Positions 25,314 through 37,180 of a DNA stretch of 64,000 bases are shown in pieces. This DNA comes from Entomortierella parvispora E1425. Its lineage: Eukaryota > Fungi > Mortierellomycota. The stretch spans positions 2,728,001 through 2,792,000 of the forward strand of contig BQFW01000015.1 of the NCBI GenBank assembly GCA_020891255.1, written 5' to 3'. Position 1 is the first letter of the stretch; each line of letters opens with the position of its first letter. The notes under the pieces were generated by a model. The model saw only the letters and a list, made by a program, of their open reading frames with translations. It made no database searches and was not told where the DNA came from. A program made the position numbers and the translations under genes.

Positions 25314-26402
25314 GGTATCCTTTGTCCGTCTGACCATGCTCTTTGCTTCTTTTTGCACTTGCAGGCGTACGCAAAGACGCACGACATCCCCAACACCCAC
25401 CCCTCTTACGATGCCATCATCAATGATCCCGAGATTGATTGCATCTACAACCCCTTGCCCAATGGCCTCCACTTTGAATGGACCCGCAAGGCTCTCGAGG
25501 CTGGCAAGCATGTCCTCCTAGAGAAGCCTGCGACCTCGAATGCAGCCCAGACAAAGATCCTCTTTGACCTGGCCAAGGCCAAGAACCGCGTCCTCCTCGA
25601 GGCGTTCCATTATCGGTTCCACCCTGCATCTATCTTCTTCAGGCAGTTGTTGCAGGATCATATCGCGGAGGGACACGTGCTTCAAAAGGTGGAATCGATC
25701 ATGTCCTGGCCTTCATTCTTCCCCAAGGACGACATTCGCTTCAACTTTGCATTGGCGGGAGGCATCATGATGGACTGTGGATGCTACACCTTGAACTCGA
25801 TCCGCTACTTTTCAGGACTGGAGGTCGAAAGTGTGCAGGAGGCCCGTCCAAAGATTGTCTCCCCAGAGATTGACGGTCGTATGGACGCGGTCGTGAACTT
25901 GTCGGGTTCCCATAGTCCAGGCGCCATTGGAAAGTTGACTGCCAGCTTGACCAACCCTTACTTTTCGATCGACACCTGGCGCAACATCCTGCCGTCGTTC
26001 ACCGCAGAGACAGATACAAAGATCTTTACGTTTGGTGTCTTTGTCATGCCCACGGTACCTACAATTGCAGTATCATAGGGATCCTGCTTCTTGAATTTCT
26101 AGAAACATAGCGCGTTTATGATGAACTAACCCTCTAATTCTATCCTCATACGTCAATGATAACGCTAGGCTTATCATTACATCACCGTCAAAGACAAGGC
26201 CACGGGTAAAGTCGAGAATCTTCCCAAAGTGTACGCTGAGGGGTATAGCACGTACAGATACCAGCTGGAAGCATTTGTCAGTGCTGTCAAGGGTGCCAAC
26301 ACGGATTCCATTCCAGGCTGGGTTAGCGCCGAGGACAGCTTCAAAAACATGACTGCCGTCGATGACATTTACAGGAGTGCCGGTTTGAAGATTCGCGAGT
26401 AA
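24927..26402 (+). CDS. Gfo/Idh/MocA-family oxidoreductase
   Basis: LRIGILGAANIA, YNPLPNGLHFEW, GKHVLLEKP, EAFHYRFHP, GGIMMDCGCY; 3 introns. Confidence 0.92.
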
Positions 26403-26474
26403 GAGCAGAAGGTTTTCCAGAATTTTATTTCATAATAAAAGGTCTTATAAAAACAATACCCTATATTGCTTCCT

Positions 26475-28167
26475 CTATGGAGTTGAACTGGAGTATGGAT
26501 TTAAAGAAGCGTAGTCCTTCACATCTCTGATACCATCTGTCTCAATTGCAAAGGGTACAGTTTGATCCATAATATTGGGGGATTTGAACAGATGGGCTGT
26601 CCGCTTGTTATCTCCCTGTCGCATCCCGAGTCGAATTCTATGGGTGCAAAAATTTGCCCAGGTTTCTCCTAAAGCTGGTTGTATGACGCTCTGGTCTGAA
26701 CGTGTATTGCCATTGCTACTTCCTGCATCGATCTTTGTTGTCATTTGATTGATAACAACAACCTGCGCAAAATATAAGAAAAAAATGTCAGATGTTTCGA
26801 CACAAATTGATTGTAACATCGAATGCTTCTCACGTCTTACCGCAACATTAAAGTCTCGAGCAATTGTACTCAGCTGTCTTCCCAAAGTTGCCACAAGTTT
26901 GGTCCGTCCATTGATATCACTAAAGTTGGACCTAAAGGGAAAAGAGATCGAGTCCAACACGATCATTTTGACCTAGAAAGAAAACAAAAGTCGCGGTGCA
27001 ATGATGTGTCAACATTGCTTTTTGTCTTTGGTGAGTCCTTCCCGTATGTACCGCTTATGGCAGGTGAGATCACTACCTTGGGCTGTGCCCGCACAATTTC
27101 GCTCAAGACTCTGCCCATCGCCACAAGCTCAACAGGACTGTGCACTCGACAATACTGAATCCCTTGCAAGAGGACATCTGCCGTCAAGGCCGCTTCCTTA
27201 TCTACAATAAGATTGAATAGAGGAACATGAGTTCAGAATTTAGCTGTAGATCAGAGCGAAGAGTTTTCCGTGAGCACATACCGTAGTCGTTCAAAATCTC
27301 AGCAAGCCTTTGCAAGCTCGCAGATCCGATTTGAGCAACCCGACTGGCGATAAGACTCCCTTCTGTGTCTGTAAACAAAAAAAAAAAAAAAAAAAGGATG
27401 AGTTTCAAGATTGACAACTAATCAGCGCAGGTCGCTTCGATATTCGCCACATACCGATAAAGATGGACGTTCCACCAGCACCGCCTGCGGAGGGGGGAAG
27501 TTGCGCATTGATACATAACTGCAGCCTATAAGGGCGGTGTGGAGTAGAAGGTCAATACGGACGCTTACACATTTCTCAAACCATGTTGCTATTGCACATG
27601 CACAATACCCTAGTTGAGTTTTTCCCATCCCAGGTAGTCCACAGATTTCCGTGATCTTTCCTGGAATGATCCCTTGTGAACCTCCAAAGAGACTATCCAA
27701 TGCTTTGCTCGAGGTCGTGATAGATGCCCAGCTTTTTTCTTTCTCCCAGTTTTCGTTGGCAGTGAAGGATTTCAATGGTTCAGCTATGGGTGACGTTTGG
27801 GGCAAAAAAGATACAGTTAGAAGACGTACATATTTGGCGATGGACTACAGCTCATACTACTGAAGATCGTGCCCTACGTGAAGGGTATAGCTGGCGTTTC
27901 AGTTCTTCAGTCTGCGCCACGGACAAGCTGAGCTCTATTCCAGAAGAGAAAAAAAAGTCATCATCCACATTCTCCTGGGACAAAGAGATGGCGAAGAATA
28001 TTGCGTTAAGAGTGGGCGACAACAGATATCGCGTGAGCTATACCGGCAACAAGATCAGGCAGAGGCACTGAGCAGAGGTCGGCCACGGTGGTATAGCCCG
28101 ACCGAAGGACCTTGTCGCGTAGGATGGCAGACAGGCGTAGGGTGACGGCGGGACGGGAGGCAGCCAT
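26475..28167 (-). CDS. RAD51C: RAD51 paralog, RAD51C-like
   Basis: GKITEICGLPGMGKTQLG (Walker A), QLCINAQLP...IFIDTEGS, IVLDSISFPFR, VVINQMTTK, PALGETW; 7 introns. Confidence 0.88.
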
Positions 28168-28554
28168 TGGTGAGTAGGCGGTAGATGAAATGGCAGCGGA
28201 GGAAACAGCAAGAACGAAGTTGACGATTGTATTTCATCAGTCAAGTACGTCGAGATCCTTGGGCGCGAGGGCTCTTGCATACAAGTTGAGGAAGATCAAA
28301 AAGTAGAAACGGAAGATGGTTGCATGCATGCATGGACGCTAATCGCCACCAAATTCATTTCATTTCGTGACTGTTTCCCACAGATCAGCAAAGCAAGCAA
28401 GCATCACATGCATGCACGCGTTTGCATTTCTTAGTTCAGCCTCTTCTCCATTTCTTCGTCTATCTCCTCCTCTGGCTCTACGACTGAAGTCGCTTCGATT
28501 CTCTTCGATTCTTAGTTCTCGTACCTCATTCTGCAACCAAAGTCTAGACCAGTC

Positions 28555-30265
28555 ATGGCACCTCTCCTCGAAAAGATCCTCTCCGCGAAGGAAGTCTCGC
28601 CATTTGTCCTCATCAAGGACACGCTCGAACAGTCGGGTCAGCTCCTCGGACTCGAGCTGCTCAGTGCATCCTCTCCAGAGTATGAACTGCTTTGACATAG
28701 GGCAAACTATCTTCACCCCTTTATGGATATATATTTGTTCACTGACACATTTCTTTGCTCTAACTTTGGTACGATCTTATAGTCATACCATTGTTCTCAT
28801 CTGTGCGGAGTCGGCACCTTCCCGGATACTCCCTCTGATCAAAGGAAAACACAGGCATGTCAATCCGGAGGTCATATCTTTCTTGGAATCTCAATAATAC
28901 ATTTTCAGAGTTCTAATACGCGACAACCTGTGGCGGACCTCTCTTCATTTTTTTGCTCTGTCCATAGGAAGGTTGTCGTAGATTGTTACTCAAATCCCCT
29001 GGGATGGCTTGAGGCCGATACGCCTGAACTGAAGAAAGGACAGGACGGAAATGAGCTTGTCACCGTGCCTCTGAGGAGTGTGCGAAAGGCGACAAAGACC
29101 ATCTCCCATGCAATTTCATCTCGTAAGTCGGCGGTCGAGGAGTTTCTGACAAAAACAATTGAATGTCTCGAAGTAACCTCTTTTCATATTTGTATTCCTC
29201 GATTAGAAAACTCCCACTTCACAATCTACTTTGACTCTCTCTCTCCGTTCTTGGCAGTGTCAGTCCCGGACACTTTTAATTTGATCCGCTCCATCACAGG
29301 GCTGTTGACAGGTAAAGGAAAGAGCTCTTATCTTATACTTTAACTCGCGTCTTTTTTTCATTCTGACATTGACCTTATTCTGTTTTCCAGAGACATCAAG
29401 AATCATTGCATTGCATCACGAAGATGTCCCAGATGCAGCCAGTTTTCAACCAGATGGATCCAACCCTTTGGCAACCAACAGTCTTGCACATGTGGCGACC
29501 ACTTTGATTACCCTGAAGAACAGTGAGGCCATTCGACAGGATCAGGAAGATCTTCGCAAAGGAGTTGTTGCGGCAAGGGAGTTTAGCTACCTGACAGTGC
29601 ACGGCAACGCATGGGATTCAGCCGTCTGCGAGATTGAGCACAAGCGAAAGTCTGGCAAAGTGGCAAGAGAGGTAATGTCGAGGTCGCAAAGAGTTTGAAA
29701 ATGGGGACAGAGCTACGCATCAAAGATGACTTACAGCATGTATTCTCCTATTCTTTGCCTTGTCTCAAAAGACCAATGCCTATCATCTTGGCGCACCGAC
29801 GGGCGACCTGGTTGTAGTCAATGTCTGGGATGTTGTAGGAGACATGCCCGATATTGACAAGTTGGACTTGGAGGAATCTCAGACGGTAATTGATCGAAAT
29901 CTCAAATTTTTCTCCAATGGATGTCAGCTCTCGCTTGTGAAGTTGTCTTGCTTACATTGCGCGAGTACATCCCTCATTCTACACCTACTCTAGGCTGACC
30001 CTGCTGCCAATCTGTCCTTTAATCTCAATTTGACGGAGGAGCAACGTCGTGCTAAAAACGATACTGTGCTGCCATATCTGAAGACTCAAGGTATACATAT
30101 CTTCTTTTTGTCTCGCAGTCAAGGCCACTTTCACTGCCGCATGATCTTGTTATACTCATATTTATTTCCTCTTTGCCTCTAGAAACCTCTGGCGCCATCT
30201 ATTACGAGCCTGACGCTGCGGATGATTTCGATGATGATGATCCTGATGATGATTTGACTATCTAA
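28555..30265 (+). CDS. ELP5: Elongator complex subunit 5
   Basis: SPFVLIKDTLEQSG, VVDCYSNPLGW, DPAANLSFNLNLTEEQRRAKNDTVLPY, IYYEPDAADDFDDDDPDDDLTI; 7 introns, one of them GC-AG. Confidence 0.92.
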
Positions 30266-30327
30266 ATCTCCACTTGGTAGCTAGTTGGACTAAAGACATT
30301 TATTCTGCGATATATGAGCTCTATTTT

Positions 30328-33300
30328 CTAATGGTGATGAGCGGGTGCAACATAGCCGCCCATAGTCTCCCACATGTTTTCGGCCAACAGCCAATAGATT
30401 TCGTGATTGGCGTTGTGAGCCCTAATGGAGTGATCGCTGTCTGTAAAGTAGTGCGACTTGTAACGGTGGTTGCTGGCCATGGTGAGTCGATCCATCAATA
30501 CCAAGGAGTTTTGAACATGCACATTATCTATTCCGTCGACAGTCAGTAACAAGAGGAGAGGATAACAATAAGGTTAATTTGATCAGCATTGGTGACGCGG
30601 CATCGTACAACTCGACCAAGGAACGACGGGAGCTCTTATTTACCATCTCCGGTTCCGTGGACAAGCAAAAAGTCAGAGTTCTCAAATCCTGTCATGTTTG
30701 AGACAGCCGTTTGCTCATATCCTGCCAGGTTGACAGAGGGCAGGTTCATGTAGCGCTCCGTGTAGACAGAATCGTAGAATCGAAAGTCAGACACGGGGGC
30801 CACAGACATGGCAGCTCTGAAGACGCCGCTGTTGGCCTCGGTCACCTTTGCAGCCATGAATCCACCATACGACTATACAAGGAGTGTGAAAGAAGCGCTG
30901 TTAGAGCCACATACTTGATCTGGAAGCTACATCATCAAAACAACCAAAAATATCAAGATGTTGCCTTACCCATCCCCAAATAGCAACACGTTCAGGGTCG
31001 ACATAGGGGAGTGTCTTCCAGTGCTTGCCAGCCGCAATTTGATCCTCAGTCTCAAATTTTCCAAGGTTGTTGACGACCTTGATCCTGAAATCACGACCAC
31101 GCATTCCTGTACCACGACCATCCACGACCACAACAACGTACTTGAGTTTCTCCGCGGCAGACATGACGGCACTGAATCCAAGCTGGAATTGGGTATCGAC
31201 GATCTGTGAGCCTGGACCTCCATAGCTGTGATGATCCGGGTACAGAAAAAGGAGATGAGTGGGGAAATAAGCAGTGAGTACAAACGTCAGAGAGTCAGTC
31301 GTCTGAGGGGTTCATAAAGTATCTGTATGTATAACATGAACTTACACTTGGAAGAGGACAGGGTGCTTTTGATCCGACGAAAATCCGGGTGGCAAAAACT
31401 CCATATAGTTGCATTCTGTTAAGAGCAAAGTACAAAATGTAAGTGAGAAGCAGAACAGAGATCAGTAGCCACTGTCATCCCAGCAGATCAGAAATGTTAC
31501 CATGTCCGTTGAGCTCAACAGTGGACCAGCGTCGGGTTGGGATCTGTGTATCATTAAGAAGCGAACGCAAGTTCACATTCTCTTCCAGATTCACGTTGAA
31601 CTTCTCGTCGTCTGACTTTTTCACCTTTTGCCACGGGACGTCAGGCCCTCTATAGGAGAGGAGGTAATAGCCAGCTCCAGTGGAAAACGAAGTAGAGTAG
31701 TATCCAGGCTGCTCAACATCTGTCAAAGCTCTCCGTGTGGTTGAGGCCATGTCAACGCTATCAATGAGAGTGTTGATGAATTGAAAGAAGTTAATAACTG
31801 CCGATATATCTATCCTCGCGGAAATGGAGAGCGAAAATCGCTATACCTGTAAAGGTGGCGTTCAACGCTGGATTTTTCTGTCGAAATGTAGAAGACAAGA
31901 CCCTCCTCATTGTCCACAGCGTCAATGGACTGAACCTCCCATGTGCCAGAGGTGAGCCACTTGGGGGTTGGGTGGTCGATTGGTGTGTAAAGGGCAATGT
32001 GGTTGTAGCCATCGTTGTTGACAATGTCGAGATAGCCTCCTTGAGGAACGGCCTTGGAAGGCGCAATGTAGCGGATATTCTGCTGCATGTCGATCCATCC
32101 TCCATCTTCCTTTCCAGCATTCCACTCCCGAACAATCTTTCCTGTAAGTTTCAAAGGATCCACCAGGACAAGCTTCTCATGGTTTTGAACCCTGTTCTGG
32201 ACTTTGACCAGCAGTGCATCGGATGACTCGGTGGTCCACTTGACTTCAGCAATAATCCTGTTGTCCTGCGCGAAAATATCACTGAGATCGATTGCGTCCA
32301 AAGGTTGGAGTGCTGTGGGGTGCAGAGCAGATCCGAGCTTGTAAATGTGCAGGTTCACATGGGGATTTGGGAATCCAGCCTTGGGGTACTTCATCATGAT
32401 ATCCCGAGGGTAAGCGGGAGCATCTAGTTGGTTGTCCATGTAAACAGAGTAATGGAACTCTGGCACATCCGTTTCATCAGAGTGCAAAAACGCAATGGCA
32501 GTTCCATCAGGCGACCACCAAAGAGCAGACGGGCTTCCGAGGACCTCTTCTTCGTAGACCCAATCCGTGATACCATTAAAGACACTGGGAGCTCCATCAA
32601 ATGTGATCTGGCGACGCTCTGTAAGGTCCTCGTAGACATAAAGGTTGTTGTTTTGGACGTAGGCAAGACTGTGGCCCACAGGACTCCACGCAACATGTTC
32701 AACACCTGGTTCTCCTGCAGATTCGATCAAAGGTGACAAACTAAAATCGTCCCTGTTATAGATGTAGTAGGTCGCATTGAACGAGTGGCGCCATTGCTGC
32801 ATGAAAAAAAGGGTAAATAACAAGGGGGCGAGGCCAAAACACTGTGAGTAGGCCGTGTCTCGAACATTTGAGGGCATCTGCATGATTCTGGTAACCTGTG
32901 CCTGCTTACCTTGCGTCTATCTGTGCCCAAAAGTACGTATTTTTCGTCAGGGGAAACTTGAAACGAGAAGAAGGGGATGGGGTGACCATGGGCCTTGGGG
33001 TGTCATCGAAAGATTGAGTGTTAGCAACGCGGCCATAGACACGAAACTGTGACTAGTTCACATGCGGAATGAACTACATCTTTCCTCAGACAACTTACGT
33101 CGGTCACATTCTTGGCTGGCAAAAAGACCTTGGGCTCGGATCCATCGACGTTGTTCAAGATAATGTCCCCATTGGCGTCAATGCGTGAGTAGCCGCCATC
33201 TTTGCCTGTGAAAAAGAGCAGTTTCCAGATGAGTGGGGATAGCTTGAGATGTCGCCACTGCAGTAAGAGCCAAGTAGGTGACTGTTGTCCTTACCATAGG

Positions 33301-34040
33301 TCATCCAAGCCAATGACTGGTACTTTGGCGCAAAAGACTGGTTGAACATATCTTCCAGTCCAAACGACGGACGCATGTCGGGCATGGCTTCTTTGGACAT
33401 GTTTACTAGATACAGCAAAGGGATTGGCGGAAGCTGTTAGTTGGCGTTGCCCACGTCCGACGCGATCAAAACTGGTCCTTTTATGGCAACCATAAGACCA
33501 TAAAAAAAGAGCTTCTTCCACGGTGGCCAGACATCTTTTGACAATTACCCAGTCGAGTGATACCCAGGAACATAGCAAAGCCGACCCAGAGAATGATAAA
33601 AAGGCCAAAGATGCTCAGGAAGACGCGATTGCACCGAGAGAGCTATGTGGGGGTGAAAGGAGGGAAGATAATAGGGTATCGGTCAGTACTGTTCCATCAA
33701 TCATTCATCTAGTAAAACAAGAGTTGCGTTTGATCCTGGAATATATTGTTGTCCAATGCAGTACCTTTGGAGGATCAGCAAAGGTCATGGAGGGGCGTCT
33801 GTAAGGCTTCTCATTGTCCATAGCAGACGAGGAAGAGTAACGACGACCGCCATAGTAGCTCTCGTCGTCGTCTTCGTCATCCTGGTACTCGTCCTCAGTT
33901 ATTGAGTCTACGTAAGCCGAGCGCTTCTGGAGTAGACCAGCGTCAGCCTGTCCAGAAGTGAGCACGGACTGGAGTTCCTCAAAGTCCTGATCATCGTCAA
34001 CAGCAAGGGTCTCATAGCGACCTCCGCGGTTGGAGTTCAT
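30328..34040 (-). CDS. DPP4: Type II membrane dipeptidyl aminopeptidase (S9B; DPP4/Ste13/Dap2-like)
   Basis: N-terminal [27 protein letters not shown]|SYGG (catalytic Ser), VHGTGDDNVH (Asp), SDH (His); 10 introns. Confidence 0.96.
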
Positions 34041-34694
34041 GGTGGCGAATGGGCTGGATTCTGCAGATGTGTTTGGTGAAGGGTGGTGATTGAGAAGGAC
34101 AGAATGCGAATATGAAAGAGAGAAGAAAGGAGGATCGAGGTAAGGACGAAGGAGAGGGGCCAGGCGGGAGACGGAAGGAAGAAGGGGGCGAGCAAAGGAA
34201 AAGAGAAGAGAAAAAGAAAACGAAAAGGATGTCAGGCACACATGTCCGAACGTAATGAGACTCTGGTTGCTTTGTTTTCACTGGTCAAGGGCCATGCGCA
34301 CCCTGCGCTCTCTGTCTGTGGATTTCAATTGCATTTTATTCATGCTATCTGTCCTTCAGTCTGTTCGTCCTTTCTGTCGCTGAGCCAACAAATCAAGCGA
34401 GGGGTCAAGGGGCGACCCAACTGGCGGGCTGGCCTGCGGGTGGGCGCAAAGGGGGGGGGGGCTGCTTCCTTCCCTTCTTCCCTGTTCCTTCCATGTCGCA
34501 GAAAATTCCTGAATGAACTGCTCGGGTGCAGGATATTCATTTGCATCCATGCAGGATCCTTCTTGATGCCTTGATTGATCCAGAACATTTCCGTCTAGTT
34601 TTGTTGGTGAGGTGTAATCCGTCCATCAGGAGTCTCAGTCCTCGGGTATATCGTTCCTGCTCCCCTTTTCGATTCCTGTTTCTTCCAGGGCCGG

Positions 34695-35258
34695 TTACCA
34701 AACGCTGCATTCATTCACCATCTCGATTACATTTTCGAAAAGATTGCGATCCTGCTTGCGCTGTTGTTCCTCTTCGTCTGCGCTCAAGGAAATGTTGAGG
34801 TCGCGGTCGGGTGTCTGCAGGGATATGGTAAGCATGACCTGTCGTGTCTCTGCAGGGTTCTGGTGAGCAATCATCTGGGAGATGTGGGAGGCGTAGACCA
34901 GCTGCAGTTCCCGCTTCTTGGATCCTTCGTGTCCTGCTCCAAAGAGAAACTTTGAAGTGGTGGCAGCCAATTCGCCTGCAGCAGTTCCATGTGAGGACAG
35001 AGACTGGTTGTCGATCGTGGTGCTGATCTAGAGAAGGAGCAGAGAGACGAGTTTAGTCGAGTTGATATCTTGCTGGTCGGGCTACAGCGGTTGAAGGTGT
35101 ATTCAAGGCAGAAGACGTACCATGCTGCCGACGCGTCCAGTCTGGGAGACAAAGATAAAGATGGTGTCTGTGAATGACTGGACCCAGACCTCGGTGTGCA
35201 CGCCTTGGACGGTGCGTGCGGTCAGCCGCATGGGAGCAGGAAAAGGGATGTCGGCCAT
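34695..35258 (-). CDS. PSMG3: Proteasome assembly chaperone 3
   Basis: GVHTEVWVQSFTDTIFIFVSQTGRVGSM|ISTT...TSKFLFG...VYASHI...RQVMLTISL; 1 intron. Confidence 0.78.
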
Positions 35259-35272
35259 TGTGAGGAGATGGA

Positions 35273-35344
35273 GGAAGGAAGGAAGGAAGGGAGGGAGGGA
35301 GGGAGGGAGGGAGGGAGGGAGGGAGGGAGGGAGGGAGGGAGGGA
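35273..35344. repeat. (GGAA)n/(GGGA)n purine tract
   Basis: About 14 GGGA units following GGAA units, immediately upstream of the PSMG3 ATG. Confidence 0.95.
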
Positions 35345-35468
35345 GAGCTAAAAAAAAAAAAAAAGGTGTGGACCGTGACGAAAAGACGAAAAGACGAAGG
35401 AACGAAGGAACGAAAGAAAGAAAGAAAGAAAGAAAGAACAGTCCCCCACCCTGTCAGCCGTGGGAGGA

Positions 35469-35471
<3 letters not shown>

Positions 35472-35514
<43 letters not shown>
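35472..35514. repeat. (GA)n microsatellite
   Basis: About 21 GA units read directly. Confidence 0.95.
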
Positions 35515-35518
<4 letters not shown>

Positions 35519-35732
35519 TGATCTCACACTCACACCGACAGAACACACAGACTCACCAGTGACTAACACCGTGAACTTTATCAGCACCAGTGACGATCCT
35601 TTTGCCTTTCGCCTTCCTCGGTCGCTCCTTCGCCTCTTCCTCCTTCTTCACCTCACTTCTCTTCTCTTCACTTCCCTACTTCCTCCTCCTAGCTCCCCTT
35701 CCTCTTCCTCTCATTACCCCATCTCTCTCACG

Positions 35733-37091
35733 ATGACCGCCGCTCTCCCTCCCGCCCCTACTTCTGCCATCGACTGGGACAACCTCGGATTCAAATGGGT
35801 CGACACCAACGGCCATGTCAAGTACATCTACTCCAACGGAAAGTGGGACCAGGGCGAGTTTGTCAAGGACTCTTATATCAAGATGCATGTCTGCGCCCCT
35901 GCTCTGAACTATGGACAAGAGGTAAGTTTCTCTTCTTCTCTGTTTCTTTCTTTCCTTCTCGACAAGGTCCTTCTTCCGATCGATGATCGCCCCTGGACCG
36001 TCCAGTTTATCGAACCCAAAACCATGCATGACTCTTAACAAATTCTCCGCCTCCCGCGTCTCTTAGTGCTTTGAGGGCATCAAGGCCTTCCGCTGCAAGG
36101 ATGGTCAGGTCCGTATCTTCCGTCCTGACGCCAATGCCCGTCGTATGCTCTACTCGGCCGATCTTGCCTGCATGGCCTCTGTGCCTGAGGAGCTCTTTAT
36201 CGAGGCCTGCGAGAGAGCTGTTGCCAACAACCTCGAGTTTGTACCCCCATACGGATCCGGAGGAGCCCTGTACTTGCGCCCTCTCTTGTTGGGAACCGGT
36301 CCCGAGATCGGTCTTTACCCTGCTCCCGAGTTCACCTTCTTGGTCATGGTCATCCCCGTCGGTAACTTTTACAAGTCTGGTGTCAAGCCCGTTGACTGCC
36401 TCGTTGTTGACTCTTTTGATCGAGGTGAGTTTTTTTTTTTCTATCTTTTTTGATCCAAGCACCAGACCCGTAGATTTGTTAATCCTCTCGGCTGATCAAA
36501 GTTCTAACCATTGTGTATCTTTCTTCTTGTTTATTAGCTGCTCCCTTGGGAACCGGTGCTGCCAAGCTCGGTGGAAACTATGCCCCAGTCTTGAAGCACA
36601 GCAGTGCCGCCAAGGAAAAGGGCTATGCCATCACTTTGCATCTCGACTCAAAGACCCACTCCAACATTGACGAGTTCAGCACTTCCAACTTTGTGGCTTT
36701 GACCTACGCATCCCCTGAACACGGCAACAACCCTGTCTTTTGTGCGCCAGAGAGTCCCTCCATCCTCAACTCGGTCACGAAACAGTCGCTTGTTCAATTG
36801 GCAAAGAGCTTTGGCTGGTCTGTCGACAACCAGGTTGTGCCTTTCACAGATATTCTCAACAACAGATTCGAGGAAGTCGCTGCCTGTGGTACCGCGGCTG
36901 TGATCACCCCTGTCAAGACCATCGAGCGTGCAGGCGTCACGACCGAAATTGGAACAGCCAAGACCCGTGAAGCCATCGGATCCGGTTTCCATCGCCTTTT
37001 CACAGCCATGCGTGGCATCCAGAATGGTGATTTGGAGGACCCCTACGGATGGATGCAGCCTGCTCAGGGCATTGCACCTCGCCAAGAATAA
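35733..37091 (+). CDS. Branched-chain amino acid aminotransferase (PLP fold IV)
   Basis: IDWDNLGF, LNYGQE|CFEGIKAFR, ALYLRP, GTGAAKLGGNYA (PLP Lys), IDEFSTSN, ACGTAAVITP; 2 introns. Confidence 0.96.
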
Positions 37092-37180
37092 GCAACGACA
37101 ATTGTAATAAAATAAAAGAATCCAGTAAATACTAGTTCGTTTTATTGTTTGAAGATCAATAGTGATGGTTGGTTTTTGGG

